From the NCBI GenBank assembly GCA_973895155.1, contig OZ316894.1:20714451-20778450 (forward strand): 64,000 bases of DNA, read 5' to 3'. Both the position numbers and the translations under genes were made by a program. Under the pieces are notes generated by a model. It saw only the letters and a program-made list of their open reading frames with translations, was not told where the DNA came from and made no database searches. Shown here in pieces: positions 24,780 through 34,770 of the stretch. This DNA is from Marsupella aquatica. Lineage: Eukaryota; Plantae; Marchantiophyta. How positions within the stretch are numbered: the stretch's first letter is position 1; every line of letters begins with the position of its first letter.

Positions 24780-27066
24780 AAGTATTCTTGTTGTGACAAG
24801 TTTTGCTTGAGGTCTTTAGGTCTAGAAGAATGTTGGAAACAACGTAAGTATTATTTTGGTCTCTCACACTCACAAAAAAACATTCTTTTGCGAGGATGTA
24901 TTATGAGTAATTATAATACTTCTCGTGGATATAGTGTGAATGGACAAACTATTTGTAGAGGAGGTTTCAAGAAACTATATTCCATAGGGACTAATAGATT
25001 GGCTACAATCCATGCAAAATGTTCACCAGGATTGAACGAGATACATTCTGTAAGGAAGACTCGCCTTCATCTCTCAACTTGGTGGAATGGTTGAAAGATT
25101 TCTTTCAAAAAAACATGGATAGTCTTCCCCATAAAGAAATTCATCACTTGCCAGACAATTGGACAAAGCAAGAGATTCATGAAATCTTTCTTGCCGAAAC
25201 AATCTTGCGGGAAGAGCAATATATTGAATATTCTTATTTCTTGCGCGTTTGGAAGAAGAATTTTTCAAATGTTCGGATTCCCAAAAGGAGTCGTTTTTCC
25301 ACTTGTGGTCCATGTACCAAATTCAAGGCTCTTCGAGACAAAGCAACCACAGAAGAAGATAGAAGTAAGTTCACTGTAACCTTACATTTGTGTCTAACTA
25401 AGATAGTGATAAGTTAGACACAATGATGAATAGGTAATTTATTGATTACGCATGATTGTATTATTGTAGGAAAGTATATCAACGCTCTTATGGAGCATCA
25501 AAGAGTACAATCACTAGAGAGGATGAAGTTGGCAAAGCATTGAAAGAAATGCTATGATGAACCCAACAAGTATTTGGGTATTTGTATTGACGGTATGGAT
25601 CACAAGAAAACTGAGCTACCACATTTTATTCGATGTCCAAAGAACATGGATGAGAAATATTTCATCCCTATACATGTTGTGGGTTGTCTTATCTTTAATA
25701 GAAAGCTTGCGGCAAAAGTTTTTCTGACTTACCCCAACATCCACAATGATGCAAATCTCACCATTCATGTTATTCAAAATATTTTGAATACATGGGATGG
25801 GATACTGCCACGGGTATTATATCTTCAATTGGATAATACCACTAGGGAGAACAAGAATAAGTTCTTGATGGCTTATCTACACATGTTGGTAGATTTAAAG
25901 GTTTTTGACAAGATAAAAGTTGGCTTTTTGTTGGTTGGTCATACGGATGACCAAATAGATCAGATGTTTAGCAAGTTCTCATCTAGATTAAACAAGCATA
26001 AAACATTTCGCTTAGATACTCTTGTGGATATTCTACAATGGGCATATTCTCCTCAAGCAGATGTAATTTTTGTGGATGAAGTTGCGGACTTCAGAAAATT
26101 TGTGAATGAACCGACCAACCAAATGACAATGGAGTTTCAGGTCGAGTTTTGAGAGATCTCAACCTCATAACTTTTCAAAGGCAATTCAGATTCAAGCAAG
26201 GCATTGTAGATGACAACAAAGTGACCATGTTTCATGGGAAACATCTATCTACAACCTCTAATTGGGGAGACGTGGTAGCATTTGTCAACTACATCCCCAC
26301 TTCAAGAATGTGGGTTGCAACACAGATGTCACTAAAGTCAGCAAAAGGTGTTGAACGGGATGATGATTTGATGGACTCAAATGGTGCATTATCCATTCTG
26401 GTGAAATATCAAAAAGCAATTCAAGAGGGATTCAATTACTTTGACGATGAAGATAAACTATGGTGGATGACATTCTTTGAGAAGCAAAATGATGTTATCA
26501 AAAACCACTTAGAGGAGGGTGAGTGGTTATTTGAATGGGTTTGGCCACAACAAAATGAAAGGCGTGGACTTGGTGGTGTGTCAACAAATCAGATTTCGAA
26601 GTCCGAAGATGTTGACCCAACTCTAGTTGATAAAGTTGCAGGACCACAGAGGATTATGTACTCAGGTCCTCGGCGAAAGCAACCTGAACTTGGGGATTTC
26701 AAAGATATGGAAGTGAACAACAAATGGTCAATGATATGCGTAGCAGCACACAAAGATCCAGAAGGCAAGTTATTTTGGATGGCAAAGGTGTCAAAGATTT
26801 TGACAAAAAGAGAAGACATTCCGAAAAGAATCAAAATCATGTGGTACACAACTGAGGCAAGTGCTGAGACTGCAATTGATGGAAAATATTTTCCAGAAAA
26901 AGATAATGTATCTAATAGACTTCGTCAAGATGAACTTGTTTTGTCGTCAACAGCGATATATGCATACAATTTTGCGCTTTTGACAAATAACCAAATAGCA
27001 GCAAAAACAAAGAAGATTATAGAGGCTGCTATTTTAGAGCGAGGTTCTGTATCTTCAGAAGATTGA
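24780..27066 (+). pseudogene. Sola-like (DUF7869-type) DDD transposase, disrupted
   Basis: Motifs CCDKFC, ICRGGFKKLYSIG, RFSTCGPC, CIDGMDHKKTELPHF, YLQLDNTTRENKN, FLLVGHTDDQIDQMFS. Intron 25365-25469, in-frame TGA at ~25541, frameshifts near 25020-25090 and ~26130. Confidence 0.85.
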
Positions 27067-27107
27067 GTTTCATTTACTAATTAGACTAGTAATGCTGATA
27101 CATGCAT

Positions 27108-28038
27108 TCATTTAATAACTCTATCTCTGATCACCTTTCGTAGGTGACATGCTTGTGTGGGGTTGTACCAATCTCTTTTAAATAAAGACTCTGCGGATAC
27201 AGATTTTGAATTATTCCATTGAACTCTAATTTGATCCATGTTGTGTAGGACAAATAAACCACAATCTGTGGTATTTGGTTGTTGTGGCACTTGAAAAAAA
27301 CATGGTGTATTTTAGTATAATTCATAAATATGTTTTTCAACCCAAAAAGAATTAAAAATCAAATAAATCACATACCTTTGGATTCCACATCTCCATAACA
27401 CCCAATGACACTTTTCCAAAAAATAGTTCCCATTCTATTGTGAAATATCTGCAAGTCATTGAAAGCGATTCCTTAGTCAGTAGCATTTATAATCACATGA
27501 ATTAAATAATCTCATTTGAAAAACAAATAGTAGAAGATAAAGTTGTCTTTCACCTTTTCAGTGTCGATTCAATTACACAAGTTTCATGTAGACCAGCAAG
27601 TGAGTCTAGATGATACATTTGGATCAAAGATTGAGATCAATCCAAACATATGACAACCAAACTCCAATGGCCACTCGTGTGAATTGGCATAAGAATAACC
27701 TCAATCTTGGAAAACGGTGGCTTGTAATAAGCTCACATTTTCTGTAAAGATTCTTTAAGGGATTCATGTGTTGGCTCTTTTTCAATCCTTGAAACCATCC
27801 AAGGATAAAAAAAGGAGGATAACGTGTTTACCATTGGAGCAAGATCTCCCTGTTCTTCTATTTGAGACTCTGGGTAAAATTCCATAATTTCGTCACCCAA
27901 ACATTGGTCGGGTTCAAGTTGTTCCAATGTTTCTTGATTGAGGAGATGACCAACAAAAGGATTGTGCAAAAATCTATGAAGAACACTTTTCAATTCAATA
28001 ACCTCCTTTGATGGATCCTGCAAGGACATTATTGTCAC
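27108..28038 (-). pseudogene. Ulp1/SENP-like C48 cysteine protease, disrupted and intron-containing
   Basis: LEPDQCLGDEIMEFY, LSSFFY, MPIHTSGHWSLVVI (His), YHLDSL (Asp), PQQPNTTDCGLFVL (Gln/Cys). Contains internal stops. Confidence 0.85.
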
Positions 28039-28099
28039 ATAAGAACATATAAATCTATTTCAATATTTCCGGAAGTTCATATACATTTTGAGGGAAATC

Positions 28100-31000
28100 T
28101 CAATTGCAGCAAACTAATCTCAAAATAATCTCTACACCTCGAGGAATGAGCCAAGATCTAATGCCAAAGCTTAATTTTGCTTCCTCTTCCTCCTGCTCCT
28201 TGTCTTCATCTGCATCATCATCATTCTCGGCCGTGGTTGTAATGATGCAAGGTCCGGTGGTGAGAGTGCTTGTCATACCACCAATCGGTGGTTGTATCTC
28301 AAAACTCATCGGCCCTGTACCCTCCTCAATTGTTTCCTCATTCAAGTCCCATGATTCATCCAGCATGACTAGTCGAGTCTGGATACACTCTATCTGTTGA
28401 GCACTCAACTCCACAGCTGTAACATGTCGCTTTGCCAACAAAGCCCCACACGAAGTGGACCCACTTCCGACGCATAAATCAGCAATCCAATCTCCTTCTT
28501 CACTAAAATGCTTGATGAACCAATCTGCAAGGGCTATCGGCTTCTGGTACGGATTCACTACGTCCCCTAAGGGTGTTACACATTTTTTGGTAACGCAAGG
28601 TACCTTGATGATGTTGATTCTTTTCTCATCATGCTCGAAATTTTACATTTCCCTGGTCCTGATACCACCTTCATTATAATATCCAATGGACCAGTTCTCA
28701 AACGCCCAAGCTAGCCTATTCCCGGAGGGGTGTGCATGTACATTTGGCTTCTCCCAAATTCTTGCCTCAACTCCAGTTGCAAGTCTTTCCCAAAGCATTC
28801 AAAACGGAGATACTTTGTTGCAACGAATGAATAACAACAAACCTCCACATAGGTGAAGTAGTCACCTCAGCAAAACATTTCACCATATCAATAATATCTT
28901 TCTCCGAAAATGGAACTTCATCATTCTCAGAGCCGACGGCATTGAATCCATAAGGAATGTCGGCGATTGCAAGTGTGTAAGGCCGTTTCTCCAAGAACCT
29001 ATCAAGCGCCCGGACATCTCCACAGTGGAGAGTATAGTTGATGAAATTTCCATCAGAATTTTTCCAACGGTGGTCGCTTGATTCCGCTTGAACAGTGTCG
29101 ATGCCAATCCGACGATTATAATTCTCAATAGCTTCTTGAACCATATTCTTAAAACCAGGGGGGATAACATCCAAACTAAGCTCCTCCTCTGCCATCTCCT
29201 CGCCATCATTTGACACTTGAACCATTTTGTTCTTCTTCTTTGAGAAGGCTTTCAACTACAAAACATCAAGGTACCAGTCAGAGTTAAATGATAAAACTAT
29301 GCATTGAATACCAAGAGGGATATCGAGTATCCCATTTGGTATCCGACTAAATAACTCCGATGAATCATGCTTCTAACCCTCAAACTCCAACTTGAATCCC
29401 GAATGGGATACGGGGTATCCCATTTCGGATTCCACATAGGGAAAATCAAAGAAACAACGCTAACACAGCCAAAACCCGAGGTCAAATCCCAAACAGGATA
29501 CGGGGTATCCCATTTTGGATTCCACCTAGGGAAAATCAAAGGAACAACACTAACACAGCCAAAACTAGGGGTCAAATCCAAAATGGGATACGGGGTATCC
29601 CATTTCAGATTCCACCCAGAGAAAAAGAGAGAAACAACTTGAATAGAGCCAAAATTGATTGTGAATACCAAATGGGATACGCGTATCCAGTTTTGAATTC
29701 AACCTTTGAAAACACAAAATGAAAACATCCAATGCAAGCTGAATCAACTTACCACATCCGAGAGTTTGCCACTCCATCTTTCGAGCTCCGCAGACTGCGT
29801 CTCCTTGGGAAACATCTGTTTACAAGTCGCCCAGTCTGGTTGGCCAGACAATTGCACAAATAGTTTACTAATCTTCACAAGCTTCTTGTAACTTTTGGCC
29901 TCTTTGGCCATCTGCTCTAGACTGATCATTCGATCCTTAACTCGAAGGAGAAGGGATTCCAAAAACTGGTCGTGCTCAATCCCTTGGATCGCTCTCCAAG
30001 GTGTCAACGCTAGCCCATTTGCTAGCTTGTTCAAAGGTTTCACAATGGGCACGGCCTTTCGCTTGGACCCTTTTTTCACTATTTTCACAGGGGATTTTTG
30101 TTTGTTCTGCCCTTTGATCTCAAATCTGTTCCGCATGTCAAAGATCTGGTCTTGGAGGTCCCAAACTTTTCCAGATCTAAATGATATCTAGAAAAGTGGT
30201 TCGTGCTTCTTCAATGTTTATCCAACCCCTGGAATGAAGCCATCAAGACACACCTCTGACGCACAGGCCTCTCTAGTCTCTTTCGTTTTTTGCATACCTC
30301 TGGCAATGAAGACCTTATGCATCGTTCGGATTTGATCGATATTGTTCATCTTTTTCCGATACTCCTGGTCAATATTGTGTCGAATACTGAGTTTCTGGAC
30401 GTCAGCCCTTGTAAGCCCTGCATAGACCTAGGCTTGAAGTTCGTTGAAGAGTTCCCGACCATAAGCCTCAAACAATTCTCTCTTGGCTCGCGCTCCGTGA
30501 TTACCCCCAATTACCCGGTATCTCCAGGTCGATGCCTTGGCCGGGTCCCAATCTTCAACGGACGGACAATCTTCAGGGATAACAAACAGCGCAAATGGCG
30601 TCGTGAAATTTGTTGGATTTAGCTTCATCAAAGTCTTGATATTTTCGACGTGCAAACGATCAACAGTCCGAACCAACGTGGAGTTCTCATCCTTCATGTC
30701 ATCGACCAGGAGGAGGTTTGTTGTTTTCAGAATGACTATGGTCTTCTGAACTCTTTTTGTCTCCATTAATCAAGACACTTCTTCCCTTAGAACTGACGCC
30801 TCTTCACGTTGTAGGGCCGTAGTCAGTTCATTCGTTGAATCTTCCTTGCTCTCAACAATCATCGGACCCTTCCCCTTGGATGCGACGGATGGCCCACCTT
30901 GTGAAGTTGGAGGAATCTCACCTACCGATCTCAGAGTCCAAGGAGGAGCTGTTGACCCTACTCTCTTCTGGATTTCTCGTCGATCCAACTTAGTCTTCTT

Positions 31001-31710
31001 TTTGGCAGGATCTTCTGAGACAGTGGCACCTGATCCTTCCCCAAATTTTCCAATAGATCAACTGGTGCTTTCTTCTTGTTCTTTGGCTCGGAAACTGCCT
31101 TCTCTTTTGTTGTGGTTGTCTTCGAATCCTCCACTGTCCCAGACGGATTAGTTGGCTTGTGTATCTTCAACTTCAATGGAGTTCTTTCCGGACCCTTAAA
31201 GTCTTCTCCAACCACTGAGCGATACGCAATTCTGGTGAAGTCCCGCACCACCTTCCACAACGTTAAGGCATAATTCAAGCACCAAAATGAAAATGTATCC
31301 ACATCAGGCACCTCTGCCATGAGTTGAGTGATCGAGTCCTCCGGAATTGTATTCATGGAGACTCGATCAAGTTTCTCATAGTTCAGAACCAACACAGAGA
31401 AGGTCTTGTCAACACCAATGCAAAGAGACATTGGTACCATCTTAACTTTCTTGGTTTTTGTATCAATGATGTCCGCCTCTGCTGTGTCAATCACCAATCC
31501 TTGGTGGCAATGCTCTTTACCCTTCACGACAATCATCCATAACGCTGGGCCTAAATATGCTCGATGAAGATCAAGCTCACGAGCATCACGCAAATACCAC
31601 TTGTTCCTGAGGAATTTCTCCTCAACATAGAGATCCTTTTTCCAGATCTCATCGATGATGGCTTGTCGGGAAGAGCCAGAAGAACCCGAAGCACTTGACT
31701 TGTTCGACAT
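28100..31710 (-). pseudogene. Multidomain gene: unknown N-terminus + ParB/Srx-like domain + beta-class N4C/N6A DNA methyltransferase, disrupted
   Basis: YRVIGGNHG (30494-30520), LHCGDV, IADIPYG (motif IV, 28950-28961), WEKPN, NPYQKPIAL, IADLCVGSGS (motif I, 28457-28480), VTAVEL. Phase-0 intron 29256-29752. Several stops and frameshifts. Confidence 0.82.
29305..29700. repeat. Intronic array of GGGATAC-N3-GTATCCC-type palindromes (29317, 29405, 29495, 29585, 29674)
   Basis: Spacing 88/90/90/89 bp, inside the GT-AG intron 29256-29752. Confidence 0.92.
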
Positions 31711-31792
31711 CCTGCGTAGAACAAACCACCTCTTAGAATTTCAAGCCTAATATGGTCCAATTAGGCAACAAGTCCATTAATAATCCAATGTG

Positions 31793-32193
31793 TGAATGCG
31801 AGATGGGATACGCGGTATCCCTCTTCGTATCCAATCGCTCATATTCTGGCTCTTTTAGAGAGAAAGCATGAAATCTTGGAGATGAATGCGAAGTGGGATA
31901 CCGCGTATCCCACTTCGTATCCAACCGCTCCTATTCTGGCTCTTTCATAGAGAAAGCATGAAATCTGGGAGATGAATCCGAAGTGGGATACCGCGTATCC
32001 CACTTCCAATTCAACCCCTTAGTTGCGCTAAGAAATATGAAAAACTTTGAAGATTTTCATGTTGAATGCGAAGTAGGATACGGGGTATCCCACTTCGTAT
32101 TCATCCCCAAATCTCACTGCGTTTTCCTTCTCAAACAAGAATTTGGCCAAAGTGAATGCGAAGTAGGATACGCGGTATCCCACTTTGGATTCA
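31793..32193. repeat. Intronic array of five ~39-bp palindromes with an exact 90-bp period (31805, 31895, 31985, 32075, 32165)
   Basis: Consensus TGAATGCGAAGTGGGATAC-NNN-GTATCCCACTTCGTATTCA, inside the predicted leader intron 31712-32237. TATA box at 32355-32362 on the minus strand. Confidence 0.93.
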
Positions 32194-32946
32194 TCCTCCC
32201 AATTTGTCTCAAAATGGAGTGTAGACTGTATTCTCACCTGGTGAAGGATTGTCTGCCGAGCGAATATGAATGTCTATAGAGATCGAAGATTTGGAAAGAG
32301 TGAGAGGTGGCGCAAGCGATAAGAAATGATCGTACCTTTTCGGGGGGGCACTCTTATTTATACTTTTTCCCCTCACTACGTAACAAGGGAGTTAGTTACT
32401 CGCAATAGTCGCATGAAATACTCGCGGCAAATCTAGTATGCGTTACGACCATTTCATTTTACCGTGTTTGAAGAATGTTTTACGGAAAAATATAGTGGGG
32501 TAATCCGATATGGGATACCCTCATTCGGATGCTATTGGCAACGAGAAACTAAAGGTTTGGAAGCCAGCCAGGGCAATATGTTGAGAATCTGAGTTTGGCC
32601 CAAAGATGTGCCACAAAAGATAGTAAATATTGATTCATGAAAAATATTTTTACAAGTAGTTCACCATGAGCACACCTAAACATGAATGATAGAACAGGAA
32701 TCAAGCTAACCCTCAAGTCTGTCCATATATTTCCACTAGGCTGGCTTGCTGATCTTTCTCTAGATTTACCCAGTCCCCTTGAAATCGACTTAGTTCTGAT
32801 GTCGAAAATAAACCAAGGAAATCAATTGGGGGAAGATTCGAAATTTCCATCCTAAAAAAGTTTGCGAGATGAACATTCTAAAGTGGGTTTCCATGGGGAA
32901 CGCTATCAAGCAATTCATTTAATCCCTCAAACTGGCTTCGTGCTAG

Positions 32947-33273
32947 TCAAAGGAGACCCCATACTCGTGTACAAACTACAAGCTGGTTCCATTTTTTTGA
33001 GGAGGATCTCAGCCAAATCATTTCTTTTAGTCGGCTGAGTCTGTCTTCAGCCGAGATCTTGGAAGAATCAAATTCGTCCTCGATGCAAGAAACTTTCAAA
33101 ATTGGCCATATGAATGTTTCAACAATCTCATCAGGAAGTCCATCCAAAAGTAGTCCGGATTCTCTTCGGCCCTGTTTCTGCTCAATTTGTTTCTTCTTCT
33201 CTTTCTCAAATATGGTCGCTAACCTTGCGAAGACAAGGTTTTGAGGGACGGCCATTCCAAACCAGTTTGACAC
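32947..33273 (-). CDS. F-box-like ORF within the transposon
   Basis: LLDGLPDEIVETFIWPIL...WLRSSSKKWNQLV matches the F-box pattern (LPxEI...LxxVSKxWxxLV). The start codon is uncertain. Confidence 0.55.
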   Translation of the reverse strand: MSNWFGMAVPQNLVFARLATIFEKEKKKQIEQKQGRRESGLLLDGLPDEIVETFIWPILKVSCIEDEFDSSKISAEDRLSRLKEMIWLRSSSKKWNQLVVCTRVWGLL

Positions 33274-33464
33274 AAAAAAAAGAAATACCTGGAGTGATAG
33301 AGAAAATGGAGAAGTTCTCTTTTTGAAGAACCTACAAAACCGGGATCAAAAGATTCAATTACTTTATTGAAGAAAAGAAAAAGAAAACCATCATGTCTAA
33401 ATCTTTGTGAGCCAAGAATACTGAACAAGACTCCAAATATTTGTGAGCCAAGAATCAAAAAGAT

Positions 33465-33821
33465 TCAATGGGAAGAGTTAACCCAAGGATCTTCGTTCCA
33501 AATTCGACAACACAAGTATGCCAATCGATGATACTTGTTTTGATCATCATGACAATAATTACACGAAGAATCAACAAAATGCAGACAACCACTCAAATAA
33601 ATTCTTGACCGAATTGGAACTCCTTGCTCATTCTTTTCGCAAAACTCAATTCGGAGCGGATTGAGACTATCTCGAGGATCTACGCCTCCCATCCAAAGCG
33701 CTCCTAATCCAACAGGAAGCACTTTGAGTTCAACGAATCTCTTATACAATCGACAGGCACGTTTATCTCGGTTTTGAATCTGGACCGTCATTGAACTCAC
33801 GATTGAAAATGTAAGTCTCAA
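33465..33821 (-). CDS. Small Cys/His-rich transposon ORF of unknown function
   Basis: ORF downstream of the predicted leader intron 33910-34300 and TATA box at 34420-34427. Contains CLH..CNYCH..CC. Confidence 0.35.
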   Translation of the reverse strand: MRLTFSIVSSMTVQIQNRDKRACRLYKRFVELKVLPVGLGALWMGGVDPRDSLNPLRIEFCEKNEQGVPIRSRIYLSGCLHFVDSSCNYCHDDQNKYHRLAYLCCRIWNEDPWVNSSH

Positions 33822-33964
33822 AGAAAGCTAAAGCTTTAATAGTTCGTCACTCCAAAATGGCGGGCTCGAAGGAAGCAAGAGCTTCTGTCAAAGTTGATCA
33901 GAACCTAGCCTGCAAAACCATCGTCAATACTTGAGATATCTTTCGCCATCGTAAAAAGCTATTG

Positions 33965-34267
33965 CTGAATACCCGAAGGGATACGCCGTATCCCACTTCG
34001 CATTCAAACTTTGCCTTTCGGACCTAACCTGATTGATATTCAGAGGTTGAATACCATATGGGATACCGGGTATCCCACTTCGCATTCAACATTGAAATTT
34101 CCTGCATTTTTCAACCAAGAGCTTCTTATGTAGAGGTTGGATGCGAAGTGGGATACCGTGTATCCCACTTGGCATCCAACCTCTTTTTCTCATGTTTAGT
34201 CATGCCATAACTGGATTATTCAAAATTGAATCCCAAATCGGATACGCCGTATCCCATTTGGGATTCA
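33965..34267. repeat. Intronic palindrome array (33978, 34060, 34150, 34239)
   Basis: GGATAC-N3-GTATCCC cores spaced 82/90/89 bp. Single extra copies at 22235 and 34596 lie near the two element ends. Confidence 0.92.
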
Positions 34268-34730
34268 TCCTCGTGATTTCCAAAAAGATATATTACTCAC
34301 CTGTTTTTGTAGTCTGACTTGGGGGATACGAATATGCATACAGAGTGTGGATTCGTCGGGAGCAAGCGAATGCAGGAGCAAGAAGAAATGAGACAAAAAA
34401 ATTTGAGTCGGGGCTCTCCTATTTATAGTTTCCCCCCCCCACCATGGTAAGTTTCTAACCATAGTTTCATCGTAGTCGATTAAAAGTGACCGTTAAAAGG
34501 AATCCTCTAGGAATATTCTTGATGGGTAAACCGTACTCACCCCTATTACTGCGTTTGTTGGTTTTTTTTTTGAAAACTGCGGTGGGATCCGAAATGGGAT
34601 ACGCCGTATCCCTGCTTCGGATTCAAGTCATTTTTTCCCGTTTTAAAAATCTAAAATCTGGGTTATTAGAGTGAATACTAATTTAATATCCAACACTTTT
34701 TTGCCTTAGAATTTTTTTCCGCCACGGGCA

Positions 34731-34770
34731 AAACGAGAAGTGTGGACACACTTCTCGTTTGGTCCGTCAC
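34731..34770 (-). repeat. Right terminal inverted copy forming a 14-bp hairpin
   Basis: AAACGAGAAGTGTG-GA-CACACTTCTCGTTT followed by GGTCCGTCAC. Confidence 0.9.

Larger units (their letters stand above)
21872..34770 (+). mobile_element. ~12.9-kb decayed Sola/DUF7869-like DNA transposon with methyltransferase, Ulp1 and F-box-like cargo
   Basis: Shared terminal motif GACCAAACGAGAAGTGTG (direct at 21899 and 21919, inverted at 34747-34764). Candidate 4-bp TSD TATG (21868-21871, 34771-34774). Internal DDD transposase and element-restricted palindromes. Confidence 0.8.

Noticed and set aside
29297-29777. Short ORFs with repeated WDTPYP / MGYGVSHF peptides (also 31733-32279)
   Set aside because: Translations of the palindrome arrays that lie in predicted introns.
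28100-31710. Bacterial or phage contamination, or a restriction-modification operon
   Set aside because: The gene has a spliceosomal intron and TATA promoter, sits within a eukaryotic transposon among plant genes, and no restriction endonuclease was seen.
29305-34267. CRISPR array (palindromic repeats with fixed-length spacers)
   Set aside because: Eukaryotic intronic context, no cas genes, degenerate repeats, and some adjacent spacers are clear duplicates of each other. Reported as phased palindrome arrays instead.
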